Shown: piece after piece, positions 8,103 to 16,845 of the stretch
Numbering within the stretch: the stretch's first letter is position 1
Layout of the letters: the number at the start of each line of letters is the position of its first letter
NCBI GenBank assembly: GCA_026003235.1
Contig: BPGW01000001.1
Span: 24,224 to 88,223 of the forward strand
Reading direction: 5' to 3'
DNA: 64,000 bases
From: Bacteroidia bacterium
GTDB lineage: Bacteria > Bacteroidota > Bacteroidia > SpSt-205
Made by a program: the position numbers and the translations under genes
Notes under the pieces: model-generated
The model's input: the letters and a program-made list of their open reading frames with translations, nothing else
The model's database searches: none
Told to the model about the DNA's origin: nothing

Positions 8103-8978
8103 TCACCGAAGGGTCACATTGACCGGATTGCCATTGTCCACCTGCACCGAGGCTACGCGATCGCAGGCCTCATTGTTATACGGATCGTAGTTGATGCGCA
8201 CGGTGCGGTTCTGCGTACTTATCTGCACTATCCCTTTCACCGGCACCCGGAAGTAGCAGTCCCCTTTGATGATGATCTTGAGCGAATCCAAAATTTGGGT
8301 GGTGAAAGGACTACCTCGGCGTGAGGTGCCCTGCGCCGAGCCCCCAATGAACCACACATCATCCCACCGCTGCCAGGTATTTTGCCCCTGGGTTTGACGG
8401 AAGGTGCGGACAGCCCTCCACTGACTCGTGCCATTAGGCGTAATAACCCGATGGGTTTGCACGGTGTCCTGGATGATCCTTTCGCCTGCTGAGTTGAAAC
8501 CCTGATGGAAAAGAACCTTCTCAACGATATGCTGGTTGTCGTTGACAAAGAAGCTGTCGGTGGTAATGAAGGCGCGGGCACCAGGTTGCAGCCCACCAGG
8601 TTGCAGCCAGCGAGGCCCTGAGAAGGTAACGAGGATTTTACCCCGGCGGTAGACACCATCCCGACAGAGGCAGTTTGTGGGTCCAAAGTCGATCGTGAGC
8701 CGACGGAGGGTACTATCGTAGGTAAGCGTCGCACAAGACGGCAAATACGTTGAGTCTACCCCTCCTACGCGGCGGCTTACGCTTGTCTCCCCTTGGTTGT
8801 CTACGGCGTCATTGATAAAGTTTTGCTCGCTTTCGGAGCGGGCTTGGTCCTCCGCCGTCTCTTGGAAGGGCGTGGGATCGAAGTTGGCGGTTTCTTTCTT
8901 CTTACAGCCGGCAGCTATCAAGGCCACCGCAATCCCCCCCAGAAGGGCGAGTCCGTACAGTTTCTGCGGCGTTTTCAT
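8103..8978 (-). CDS. Hypothetical lipoprotein
   Basis: From ORF 8103..9074, with the start at ATG 8978 (MKTPQKLYGLALLGGIAVALIAAGCKKKE = signal peptide plus lipobox Cys). I recognise no family motif. Four further Cys residues. Confidence 0.6.
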   Translation of the reverse strand: MKTPQKLYGLALLGGIAVALIAAGCKKKETANFDPTPFQETAEDQARSESEQNFINDAVDNQGETSVSRRVGGVDSTYLPSCATLTYDSTLRRLTIDFGPTNCLCRDGVYRRGKILVTFSGPRWLQPGGLQPGARAFITTDSFFVNDNQHIVEKVLFHQGFNSAGERIIQDTVQTHRVITPNGTSQWRAVRTFRQTQGQNTWQRWDDVWFIGGSAQGTSRRGSPFTTQILDSLKIIIKGDCYFRVPVKGIVQISTQNRTVRINYDPYNNEACDRVASVQVDNGNPVNVTLR

Positions 8979-9015
8979 ACCTGCCCTATGAGAGAGGGAA
9001 GGGTAGGGGGAAGGT

Positions 9016-9900
9016 TTAAGGGTTTTTGCGGTTGACCAGCGTCCCCACTTGCTGGGCCAGGCCCGTAACCTCAACGGGCAAAATCCACTTGGTGGAGGTG
9101 GACTGGCCCAGATTCTTGAGCGTCTCCAGATACTGGAGGAGCAGGGTATTTTGATCGATCAAGCGGGCTGCTTCGCTGATTTTTTGGAGGGAGAGGGCAT
9201 AGCCTTCGGCGGCGAGGAGTTGGGCTTGGCGCTGGCCCTCAGCTTGGAGAATAAGGGCCTCTTTTTGGGCTTCGGCTTCAAGGATGCGGGCGGTGCGTTC
9301 CCCTTCAGCCCGCAGAATCTGCGCTTGTTTGGCGCCTTCCGCTTCCGTGACCATCGCCCGACGATTTCGTTCGGCCGCCATCTGCTTGGTCATGGACTCC
9401 TGCACATCCGCCGGCGGTAGGATTTCCTTGATCTCCACCGCATTCACCTGGACGCCCCAGCGGTGGGTGACTTCGTCAAGCTTGACCCGAAGTTTTTGGT
9501 TGATCTCATCTCTTTTAGAGAGCACATCGTCCAGCGCAATGTCCCCCACCACGGCCCTCAACGTCGTCGTGGCAAGGCCTTCGGTAGCCTGGAAAACATT
9601 CTGCACATTCACCACCGACGCCAGGGGATCCACAATCTGTAGATAAATCAAGAAATCTATGGAGATAGGGGCGTTGTCGCGGGTAATGCAGGTTTGCTTG
9701 GGAATCTCCATGATGCGCTCTCGCAGGTCCACCCGAATAGGCGTGTCTACCACAGGAATGATAACCGTAAGTCCCGGGCCTTTGGCTTGAGGCAACGCTC
9801 GGCCAAGCCGTAGCACCACTAACCGCTGATATTCGGGAATGACTTTGATAGAAGAGAGAAGGAGGAGTATCAGCAGGCCCAGCAAAATGTAGGTCAGCAT
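9016..9900 (-). CDS. SPFH/band-7 (stomatin/slipin-like) membrane protein
   Basis: 294 aa. N-terminal TM helix, then an SPFH core (IKVIPEYQRLVVLRLGR...VDLRE...TRDNAPISID...VQNV) and a C-terminal Ala/Glu-rich coiled coil. Confidence 0.9.
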   Translation of the reverse strand: MLTYILLGLLILLLLSSIKVIPEYQRLVVLRLGRALPQAKGPGLTVIIPVVDTPIRVDLRERIMEIPKQTCITRDNAPISIDFLIYLQIVDPLASVVNVQNVFQATEGLATTTLRAVVGDIALDDVLSKRDEINQKLRVKLDEVTHRWGVQVNAVEIKEILPPADVQESMTKQMAAERNRRAMVTEAEGAKQAQILRAEGERTARILEAEAQKEALILQAEGQRQAQLLAAEGYALSLQKISEAARLIDQNTLLLQYLETLKNLGQSTSTKWILPVEVTGLAQQVGTLVNRKNP

Positions 9901-9904
9901 GAGG

Positions 9905-9912
9905 CAAAGGTA
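9905..9912 (-). promoter_or_regulatory. -7 motif TACCTTTG, 4 nt upstream of ATG 9900
   Basis: Plus strand reads CAAAGGTA, in the 24-nt gap between argS and the SPFH gene. Confidence 0.55.
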
Positions 9913-9924
9913 GAAGATTATAGC

Positions 9925-11679
9925 TCACATGCGGGCCGGAACAGGCAAAGCCAGGGTCTCCATCACAGCCTCCATAGCTATCTGGTAAGCTTGCGTCAGA
10001 GCTAACCGAAAAGACCGTACGGGCTCCTCTGCCCCCAGCACGGGCAGGCTTTGGTAGAACTCATTATAGCGGCGGGTCAGCTCGTAGCCGTAATGCGCCA
10101 GCAGCGCTGGGTCAAACGATCGGGCCGCTGCCATCAGCGCTTCCGGCAGGCCATACAACTGCTGGAGGAGTTTTTCTTCTGCGGGTTCTATGGCATCCGG
10201 GGTAGCCTGCAAGGCAGGGGTCAAACCCTTTTCGGCAGCTTTTTCCAGCAGGCGCCGCGCCCGAACCAGCCCATACTGCAAAAAGGGACCCGTAAACCCC
10301 TTCAACTCAATAGATTCGGCCGGGTCAAAGACAATATTTTTGGTGGGGTCCACCCGCAAGAGGTAGAAACGCAACGCAGCTTGACCGACCGCTTCGGCGA
10401 TTTCGTGGCGTTCGGATTCGGGGAGGTCTTCTTCCACCAGCTCAAGGGCCCGACTGTGCATTTCATCCAGGAGGTCATCCGCGTCTACCACCGTGCCTTC
10501 GCGGGTCTTCATACGGCCCGTGGGAAGCTCCACCATGCCGTAAGAGAGGTGGTAAATAGCCTCCGCATAAGGGCGCTCCAGCTTTCGTAAAAGCGCCACA
10601 AGCAGCCGCATGTGGTGGTCCTGCTCGTTGCCAATCACATACACAGAGCGCGTCAGCTCAGGGTAATCTTGAAACTTCAGGTCAGCCGTCCCCAGGTCTT
10701 GCGTGATGTAGACGGAAGTGCCGTCTCGGCGCAGAAGGATTTTCTTACCCAGGCCTTCGGCGGTGAGGTCAGCCCACACAGAGCCATCCTCTTCGCGGTA
10801 AAAGAGCCCTCGCTTGAGTCCTTCTTCCACCACCTTTTTGCCCAGCTTATAAGTCTCAGATTCGTAGTAGACCTTGTCAAAGCGGATACCCAGGCGCCGG
10901 AAAGTCGCCTCAAAACCTTCGTACACCCATTCGTTCATTTGTCGCCAGAGGGCCAGGGTTTGGGGCTCCCCTGCCTCCCACGCTCGAAGGAGCGCCTGGG
11001 CTTCCTGAAAGAGGGGAGCCTGCACGAGGGCTTCTTCTTCGGGAAGGCCCCGCTGCTTAAGCGCTTCTACCTCAGCCCTATAAGCCCTCTCAAACGCCAC
11101 ATAGCAATCCCCCACGAAGTGGTCGCCTTTCTTGCCGGTGGTCTGGGGTGTAGCAGGGGCAAAAAACTTTTTCCACCCCAGCATGGACTTAGAGATGTGG
11201 ATGCCTCGGTCATTGACCAGGTTAGCCCGGACAACCCGAGCCCCCACACGCTCCCATAGGCGGCAGACGGCCTCGCCCAGACACAGGTTACGCAGATGCC
11301 CCAGATGAAGAGGCTTGTTGGTGTTGGGCGAAGGGTACTCCACCATAAGGTGCTGGCCCCTCTCCAGCTGCAAGCGAGTATAACCCGATGGGGCCCGTTC
11401 TTGCACAGCCTGGAGGAACGAGCGCCAAAAAGCCGGAGAGAAAGAGACGTTAACAAACCCCTTGACCACTTCGGCCCGCTGAACCCCTTCCACCGGCTCC
11501 AAGACAGCCTTAGCGGCGGCCTGCGCATCCCCCCGAAAGGCCTTGAGCAGCGGAAAGATGTTGAAGGTAAGCACCCCCTGCTGATCGGCCGGGGTAAGGG
11601 TGATGCGGGGAAAAGCTGGGAGTCCTTTGGCTTGCCAGGCCGATTCCCAGGCGGCTACATCCTCATGCCAGAAAGGCAT
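9925..11679 (-). CDS. argS: Arginine--tRNA ligase
   Basis: 584 aa. Class I HIGH motif (PSPNTNKPLHLGHLRN), ArgRS-type N-terminal and anticodon-binding (DALR) regions, C-terminal ...LALPVPARM. Confidence 0.95.
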   Translation of the reverse strand: MPFWHEDVAAWESAWQAKGLPAFPRITLTPADQQGVLTFNIFPLLKAFRGDAQAAAKAVLEPVEGVQRAEVVKGFVNVSFSPAFWRSFLQAVQERAPSGYTRLQLERGQHLMVEYPSPNTNKPLHLGHLRNLCLGEAVCRLWERVGARVVRANLVNDRGIHISKSMLGWKKFFAPATPQTTGKKGDHFVGDCYVAFERAYRAEVEALKQRGLPEEEALVQAPLFQEAQALLRAWEAGEPQTLALWRQMNEWVYEGFEATFRRLGIRFDKVYYESETYKLGKKVVEEGLKRGLFYREEDGSVWADLTAEGLGKKILLRRDGTSVYITQDLGTADLKFQDYPELTRSVYVIGNEQDHHMRLLVALLRKLERPYAEAIYHLSYGMVELPTGRMKTREGTVVDADDLLDEMHSRALELVEEDLPESERHEIAEAVGQAALRFYLLRVDPTKNIVFDPAESIELKGFTGPFLQYGLVRARRLLEKAAEKGLTPALQATPDAIEPAEEKLLQQLYGLPEALMAAARSFDPALLAHYGYELTRRYNEFYQSLPVLGAEEPVRSFRLALTQAYQIAMEAVMETLALPVPARM

Positions 11680-11683
11680 GCGG

Positions 11684-11691
11684 CAAAGTTA
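11684..11691 (-). promoter_or_regulatory. -7 motif TAACTTTG, 4 nt upstream of ATG 11679
   Basis: Plus strand reads CAAAGTTA. Confidence 0.55.
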
Positions 11692-11714
11692 GGCGCCTGC
11701 CTCGTAGAAGAGGC

Positions 11715-12374
11715 TCAATTTTGCGGCGCAGACAAGCTACCCCCTCCTAAGAGAAGCCGCACATAAAACCGCTGGGGCTGCACGGAGGGGCCATTCTGGA
11801 GGGAAATCCCCGCCGCACTCCAATCTCGCAGCGAAGAAAGGGCCTGTTCGTACCCCGCTTGCAACCCAAGCAGGAAACCCTTGGAGGTAAAGTACTGCAG
11901 GATGACAGACCCGCTTCCCAGCACGCCCCCCGTAGAAAAGCTGCGCGGTGGAAGCCCGCCGCCCGTAGTAGCCTGGTCAAACGGCGCTTCGGCAGGACGA
12001 CCTTGCACAAAAAAGGTATAGCCACCCCCTCCTACCCCCACCAGCGGCATGAGGATCCACCGTTCTTTGAGCCGCCAGAAGTAGCCCACCACGCCGAAGC
12101 CGGCCCCTCCAGAGACGGCCTTGCCGGCGTAGTAGGAACCGGTCCCGCCTACAAATACCCGTCCCAGATACCCTCCTCCCCCACCCCCTACCTCCACACC
12201 GGAGGAAGCCGAAGGTAGAGCCAATCCCGCCGCTTGCACCGCCTGCCGAAGCTGGCCATACCCTCCTATCTGCGTGTAGCCTACAAAACCCCATCCACCG
12301 CCTCCCCATGCCGCCCGAGACTGAGCCAGAAGGAGGGCTGAAAAGCTACCCGCAAGCCCAACCAAAGCACGCAT
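11715..12374 (-). CDS. Glycine-rich hypothetical protein, probably a small outer-membrane beta-barrel
   Basis: From ORF 11715..12428, with the start at ATG 12374 (MRALVGLAGSFSALLLAQS signal peptide). Gly/aromatic alternating strands (GGGGWGFVGYTQIGGYG, GGGGGGYLGRVFVGG, GVGGGGYTFFVQG). Confidence 0.5.
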   Translation of the reverse strand: MRALVGLAGSFSALLLAQSRAAWGGGGWGFVGYTQIGGYGQLRQAVQAAGLALPSASSGVEVGGGGGGYLGRVFVGGTGSYYAGKAVSGGAGFGVVGYFWRLKERWILMPLVGVGGGGYTFFVQGRPAEAPFDQATTGGGLPPRSFSTGGVLGSGSVILQYFTSKGFLLGLQAGYEQALSSLRDWSAAGISLQNGPSVQPQRFYVRLLLGGGSLSAPQN

Positions 12375-12378
12375 GGGA

Positions 12379-12386
12379 CAAAGATA
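12379..12386 (-). promoter_or_regulatory. -7 motif TATCTTTG, 4 nt upstream of ATG 12374
   Basis: Plus strand reads CAAAGATA. This supports the downstream start choice. Confidence 0.5.
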
Positions 12387-12424
12387 CGCCTTATCGGTCA
12401 TCCCGCGTAAATCCGATCGTCTGG

Positions 12425-13843
12425 TCATCCCGGAAAGAGGAAAGCGCTGCCGCTTCCCACGCGCTGATAGATCTCGGTCTCACCCGTCGCTGCGGCGCGC
12501 GCCCGCAAAAGAAAGGCTCGCCAATTGCGATTTTGAATTTCGCCCAGCTTATTGGAATGCAGAAGCGGATACTCGCCCGTAATGAGGTCCGGGTCATAAA
12601 AGACAAAAAACACCTGCGCCTGAGCACCAAGCTGGTTGTAAGTCCAGATTTGATAAGGGTACTTGTCGGGCTCGTTGTAGAAGAACTGCATATCGTTAGG
12701 GGGGCCGTACTGGATGAAAACGCGCCCTCGGTCGGTCTTCCAGCCAGGCCGCAACGAAGATTTGAAGTGCTGCTGCGCATACTCAAAACGCTGACGAAAT
12801 TCCCTAAAGGAAAGCTGTCCCGGCTTGCCTTCGCGCTTCTTCCAGAAAGCCACGAAAAAGCGCTTCTTGTCTTCCAGGGATCTAAGCGTCTTCATGAAGC
12901 TTTTCTCAACTGGGGTAGCCAAGTACATAGATGCGCCAAGAAGCTCGTCAAGTTGGCTTTCCGGGAAACCGTACAGCGCATCGTATTCAGCTTCGGAAGC
13001 TTCCACCAGGGGCTCACGCGTGGAAAAAATAGAAAACCGGCGGTACCAGGAAGCCAGAACCTCGCCATCGTTGCGGCAGAGTTCCACCTGGGCTAAGTAT
13101 ACCCCCGAAGGCAAGCTCCGAACAGAGAGAGGAAAGTAAAACACATCAAAAGGGCCTGGCCGACGGGGCCGCTGCCGAAGCGTCAGTTCAGGCACTTCCT
13201 TGGAGAGCTGCGCATCCAGCACCCGAACCCGCACATAATAGGGTTCGGCGGTCAGGCTGTCTACCCGATACAGCTCCCCGTAGACAAAGAGGGTGTCAGG
13301 GTCTACCAGAAACCCATTGGCGATCCAAAGATCCAGCGCAAGTCCGTGCCGCTGGTACACACTGGAGGCGGTATCCCTTCGGATATGCCGGGCAAAAAGC
13401 AGGTCACTATAAAAAAAACCTCGTGCAGGGGGGGGCGCCTCAAATTGGGTTATCGCTTTGACGATTTGGGGACGGGGTTGCTGATGAGGGTCTCGGGCTT
13501 CAACCTCCAGCGTATAGAGACCTGGGGCTAACCGCAGCCGCCGAACATCCATATAGATCCGCTGACGCTGCACATGCTGGGTATCAGGCACTGGCGGCAG
13601 GGCAAACCGAAACTTATCCGCGTACACCGGCTGGTCGGCTTTGTTTTTGAGCACCAGCGTAAAATCCACCACCCCCTGATAACCCGGGTCTGCAGGCACG
13701 TAAACCACCGACGTCGCATCTACCCCAAGAAAAAGCTCCACATACGGCTCGCCTTCCAAGGTGTAGAAGCGAACCGGTTCCACATAGAAAAGCACCTGCG
13801 CACTCACCCAGCCGGAGAAGAGCGCTAATAGCGTGCCCCGCAT
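12425..13843 (-). CDS. GWxTD domain-containing protein
   Basis: 472 aa. Signal peptide, then a C-terminal PGWKTDRGRVFIQYGPP (GWxTD signature) followed by YPYQIWTY. Confidence 0.85.
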   Translation of the reverse strand: MRGTLLALFSGWVSAQVLFYVEPVRFYTLEGEPYVELFLGVDATSVVYVPADPGYQGVVDFTLVLKNKADQPVYADKFRFALPPVPDTQHVQRQRIYMDVRRLRLAPGLYTLEVEARDPHQQPRPQIVKAITQFEAPPPARGFFYSDLLFARHIRRDTASSVYQRHGLALDLWIANGFLVDPDTLFVYGELYRVDSLTAEPYYVRVRVLDAQLSKEVPELTLRQRPRRPGPFDVFYFPLSVRSLPSGVYLAQVELCRNDGEVLASWYRRFSIFSTREPLVEASEAEYDALYGFPESQLDELLGASMYLATPVEKSFMKTLRSLEDKKRFFVAFWKKREGKPGQLSFREFRQRFEYAQQHFKSSLRPGWKTDRGRVFIQYGPPNDMQFFYNEPDKYPYQIWTYNQLGAQAQVFFVFYDPDLITGEYPLLHSNKLGEIQNRNWRAFLLRARAAATGETEIYQRVGSGSAFLFPG

Positions 13844-13849
13844 ACTTTA

Positions 13850-13857
13850 CAAAAGTA
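13850..13857 (-). promoter_or_regulatory. -7 motif TACTTTTG, 6 nt upstream of ATG 13843
   Basis: Plus strand reads CAAAAGTA. Confidence 0.5.
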
Positions 13858-13881
13858 GACTTTGGACCTGGAAACGCCAAA

Positions 13882-14733
13882 CTATGAGGCTTGGCGCGGG
13901 CGGGTAGGTCGTCTCCACAGAAAGAAGCCCACGAAGAAAGTAAGCAGCCAAGTCGCCACTTCCGCCCAGCTCATAGAGGCGCGCCAACCTACCAGGGCAT
14001 GCAAGAGCCCGCCTATCCAGCCTTTGTGATGCAGGGGAGGAAAACACGCTCCTTCTACGCAGGTGTAGGCCCAAGCCCATGAGGCTGGGGGATGGGCCAC
14101 AGGAGGAAAAAGCGTCCAGGCTTTAGCTTCGGCCAGCTCTTCGGCCCAGGGGTAGCGCCCTTCCAGCAGTTCTATCAGCTCATGCATCGCATAGGCGGCC
14201 ATGCCTGCCGCTAGCAAAAGCAGAAGCACCGAAGTAATGTGGAAGAACGGCCGGAGGGGAATACGGCGGCTTCCGACAAAAATCAGCAGGCCCAGGCCCA
14301 TCGCCAGCATTACGCCCACAAGGCCCCCTGCCCAAGAGAAACCCGCCTGCATCTGCCACAGCGCCCGCAGAAAAAGCACGGTCTCAAGCCCTTCCCGAGC
14401 CACCGCCAAAAAGGCCAGGCTAAAGAGCATCCAACCTGCTCGGGTCTCAGCCGCCTCACGCAGTTCGTGGGAGAGCGAAGCGCTACGGTGCTTCATCCAC
14501 ACGACCATGGAGAGGAGCAGAACGGCGGCCGCCGCCGAAACGCTAATCTCCCAGAGCAGGTGACCGGTCACGATCTGGCTTAGCGCCCAAGCAGCCCCCA
14601 AGCTCGCCCCTACCGCAGCAAGAACCCCACCCCACAGGTAAAACCGTTCAGAGGGCGCCACATACCGCGCCAGAATGCCCACCACCAGCGCCGCTTCCAG
14701 CGTTTCCCGAAAGGTCACAAAAGCTTCGCTCAC
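13882..14733 (-). CDS. FTR1-family high-affinity iron permease
   Basis: 283 aa with a GTG start. Two REXXE-type motifs (FRETLEAALV, AREGLETVLF) in a 7-TM protein. Confidence 0.85.
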   Translation of the reverse strand: MSEAFVTFRETLEAALVVGILARYVAPSERFYLWGGVLAAVGASLGAAWALSQIVTGHLLWEISVSAAAAVLLLSMVVWMKHRSASLSHELREAAETRAGWMLFSLAFLAVAREGLETVLFLRALWQMQAGFSWAGGLVGVMLAMGLGLLIFVGSRRIPLRPFFHITSVLLLLLAAGMAAYAMHELIELLEGRYPWAEELAEAKAWTLFPPVAHPPASWAWAYTCVEGACFPPLHHKGWIGGLLHALVGWRASMSWAEVATWLLTFFVGFFLWRRPTRPRQAS

Positions 14734-15638
14734 ACCTCAAAGGTACTATCTATATTGAATCCAAAAACCTCCCCTCTTGCCCTGGGCTCTCTACCCGCCC
14801 CAAGCCTTAGAGCTTGCGCTGGTTGGCTTTTAGGGAAGAGGGTAAGGTTCCTAAAGGCCAACACTTCCTGGGCTGGGGTTCTATCGCCATTGCAAGCGAT
14901 CCGCCGTGGGGCCTGCAAAAGCCGAATCGCAAACCCATGCTCCTGGTACAAAGAAAGGATCCTTGCCGTAGCCTGGTTGGACACCACCACAGGCCCCGGA
15001 TGACGCTGTAGCCACCTCACTAACCGCACCTGATCCTCCCAAGAAAAACCTCCAGGAGCGTACGCAGTAAACTCCACATCGTAGGGCGGGTCAGCATACA
15101 CAAAATCCTCTGGCTCCAAGCTTATTTCTTCAAAGTCCATGCATACAAAATCCCACCCTCTTAGAATAGATTTGTAAGCTGTAAAATCGCGTTGATAAGG
15201 GATGTTTTTGTACTTGCCAAAAGGCACATTAAACTCGCCCTTGGCGTTGAACCTACATAAGCCATTGTAGCCCGTGCGGTTGAGGTAGTAAAAAAGGGCA
15301 GCAGCCTCTTGAGAAAAGGCCTGACCTTCTCGAATGAGCTTGTTGAAGGTCTCCCGATGCTTGTAGTAGGTCTCTCGGCTGTTCTCAAGGGGGATGTGTA
15401 TTTGCAAGCCCCTTTTGAGCCATTGGTAGAAGTTGATCAGGTGGGGATTGATGTCGTTGAGAAGGGCCCTTTCCGGCAAAAGGCCCAGGGTCACCGCAAG
15501 CCCGCCTGCAAAAGGTTCTACCAGCCTTCTGTGGCGATGAGGCTCAAAAAGAACTCTCAAGTGGGGAACCAACCACCTTTTGCCGCCGGCCCACTTGAGC
15601 GGCGGTGGAAGGGAAGCTACGGTCTTGACCCCAGACAT
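14730..15638 (-). CDS. dam: Dam-family (D12 class) N6-adenine DNA methyltransferase, orphan
   Basis: From ORF 14730..15839, with the start at ATG 15636..15638 (minus-strand codon; MSGVKTVASLPPPLKWAGGKRWL). SAM-binding motif LKWAGGKR/EPFAGG and catalytic DPPY (VYADPPYD). The stop overlaps the FTR1 start (GTGA). No restriction endonuclease-like ORF is adjacent. Confidence 0.9.
   Translation of the reverse strand: MSGVKTVASLPPPLKWAGGKRWLVPHLRVLFEPHRHRRLVEPFAGGLAVTLGLLPERALLNDINPHLINFYQWLKRGLQIHIPLENSRETYYKHRETFNKLIREGQAFSQEAAALFYYLNRTGYNGLCRFNAKGEFNVPFGKYKNIPYQRDFTAYKSILRGWDFVCMDFEEISLEPEDFVYADPPYDVEFTAYAPGGFSWEDQVRLVRWLQRHPGPVVVSNQATARILSLYQEHGFAIRLLQAPRRIACNGDRTPAQEVLAFRNLTLFPKSQPAQALRLGAGREPRARGEVFGFNIDSTFEV
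14738..14745 (-). promoter_or_regulatory. -7 motif TACCTTTG, 4 nt upstream of GTG 14733 (inside the 3' end of dam)
   Basis: Plus strand reads CAAAGGTA. It lies within the last codons of the upstream methylase gene. Confidence 0.45.
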
Positions 15639-15658
15639 AGGCTGGAGATCAGCCCCCT

Positions 15659-16822
15659 TTATGCTAAAAGCAAGGCCGGCTCTCCTTTCTGGATAGCGCG
15701 GGAGATGACGATACGCTGGACTTCGCTGGTGCCCTCGTAAATCTCGGTGATTTTGGCATCGCGGAAGAGTCGCTCTACATGGTATTCCTTCACATAGCCG
15801 TAGCCTCCGTGAATTTGAACCGCCTCGGTGGTAACCCACATCGCCGTGCGAGAAGCGTACAATTTAGCCAGGGAAGCGGCCAACCCATAAGGCAGCCCCC
15901 GATCTTTGGCGTAAGCAGCCCGCAGACACAATAGCCGTGCTGCCTCTATTTCGGTGGCCATGCGGGCCAGCTTGAAAGCGATGGCCTGGTGCTTGCCGAT
16001 GGGCACCCCGAATGCCTGCCTTTGCGTGCTGTAGCGCAGGGCCAGTTCGTAAGCTCCCGACGCAATCCCCAAGGCCTGCGCCGCAATGCCGATCCGCCCC
16101 CCATCCAAGGTCTTCATGGCAAACTTGAAGCCGAATCCCTCTTCGCCAATGCGGTTCTCTACCGGCACCTCCACATCGTTGAAAATCATGGTATGGGTAT
16201 CTGAACCGCGTATACCCAGCTTGTTTTCCTTTTTGCCGACGACGACCCCCGGCCATTCTCGTTCCACGATGAAGGCGCTGATCCCCCGGCTGCCTTGAGC
16301 GGGATCGGTCTGGGCTATCACCAGATAGATACCCGCCCGGCCGGCGTTGGTGATCCAGTTTTTGGTGCCGTTGAGAATGTACCGGTCGCCCTTGCGCACA
16401 GCGGTGGTACGCTGACGGGTGGCGTCGCTCCCTGCCTCGGGTTCCGACAAACAAAAAGCCCCTATAAGCTCCCCCTTCGCCAGACGAGGGAGGTATTTGC
16501 GCTTTTGCTCTTCGGTGCCGTAGGTTTCTATGCCCCAGTTGACCAGCGAATTCTGCACCGAGACCAGCACACTGGCCGAAGCATCCACTTTAGACAGCTC
16601 TTCCATGAGCAAGACATAGCTAACGGTGTCCATGCCTGCTCCTCCGTACTCGGGAGAAACCATCAGCCCCAAAAAGCCCAGCTTGGCCATTTCATGGACC
16701 AGCTCTTGAGGCAGTTCTTGTTTTTCGTCGCGCTCAATAACTCCCGGCAGAAGCACCGTCTGGGCAAAGTCCCGCGCGGCCTGCCGAATCATCTCATGCT
16801 CCTCGGTGAAACGAAATTGCAT
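15659..16822 (-). CDS. Acyl-CoA dehydrogenase (short/butyryl-CoA type)
   Basis: 387 aa. Typical ACAD N/M/C domains (CLSEPEAGSDA, GTKNWITNA, QIHGGYGY..EYHVERLFRDAKITEIYEGTSEVQR). Confidence 0.95.
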   Translation of the reverse strand: MQFRFTEEHEMIRQAARDFAQTVLLPGVIERDEKQELPQELVHEMAKLGFLGLMVSPEYGGAGMDTVSYVLLMEELSKVDASASVLVSVQNSLVNWGIETYGTEEQKRKYLPRLAKGELIGAFCLSEPEAGSDATRQRTTAVRKGDRYILNGTKNWITNAGRAGIYLVIAQTDPAQGSRGISAFIVEREWPGVVVGKKENKLGIRGSDTHTMIFNDVEVPVENRIGEEGFGFKFAMKTLDGGRIGIAAQALGIASGAYELALRYSTQRQAFGVPIGKHQAIAFKLARMATEIEAARLLCLRAAYAKDRGLPYGLAASLAKLYASRTAMWVTTEAVQIHGGYGYVKEYHVERLFRDAKITEIYEGTSEVQRIVISRAIQKGEPALLLA

Positions 16823-16826
16823 GCCA

Positions 16827-16834
16827 CAAAACTA
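16827..16834 (-). promoter_or_regulatory. -7 motif TAGTTTTG, 4 nt upstream of ATG 16822
   Basis: Plus strand reads CAAAACTA. Confidence 0.55.
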
Positions 16835-16845
16835 ACAAAAACGCC

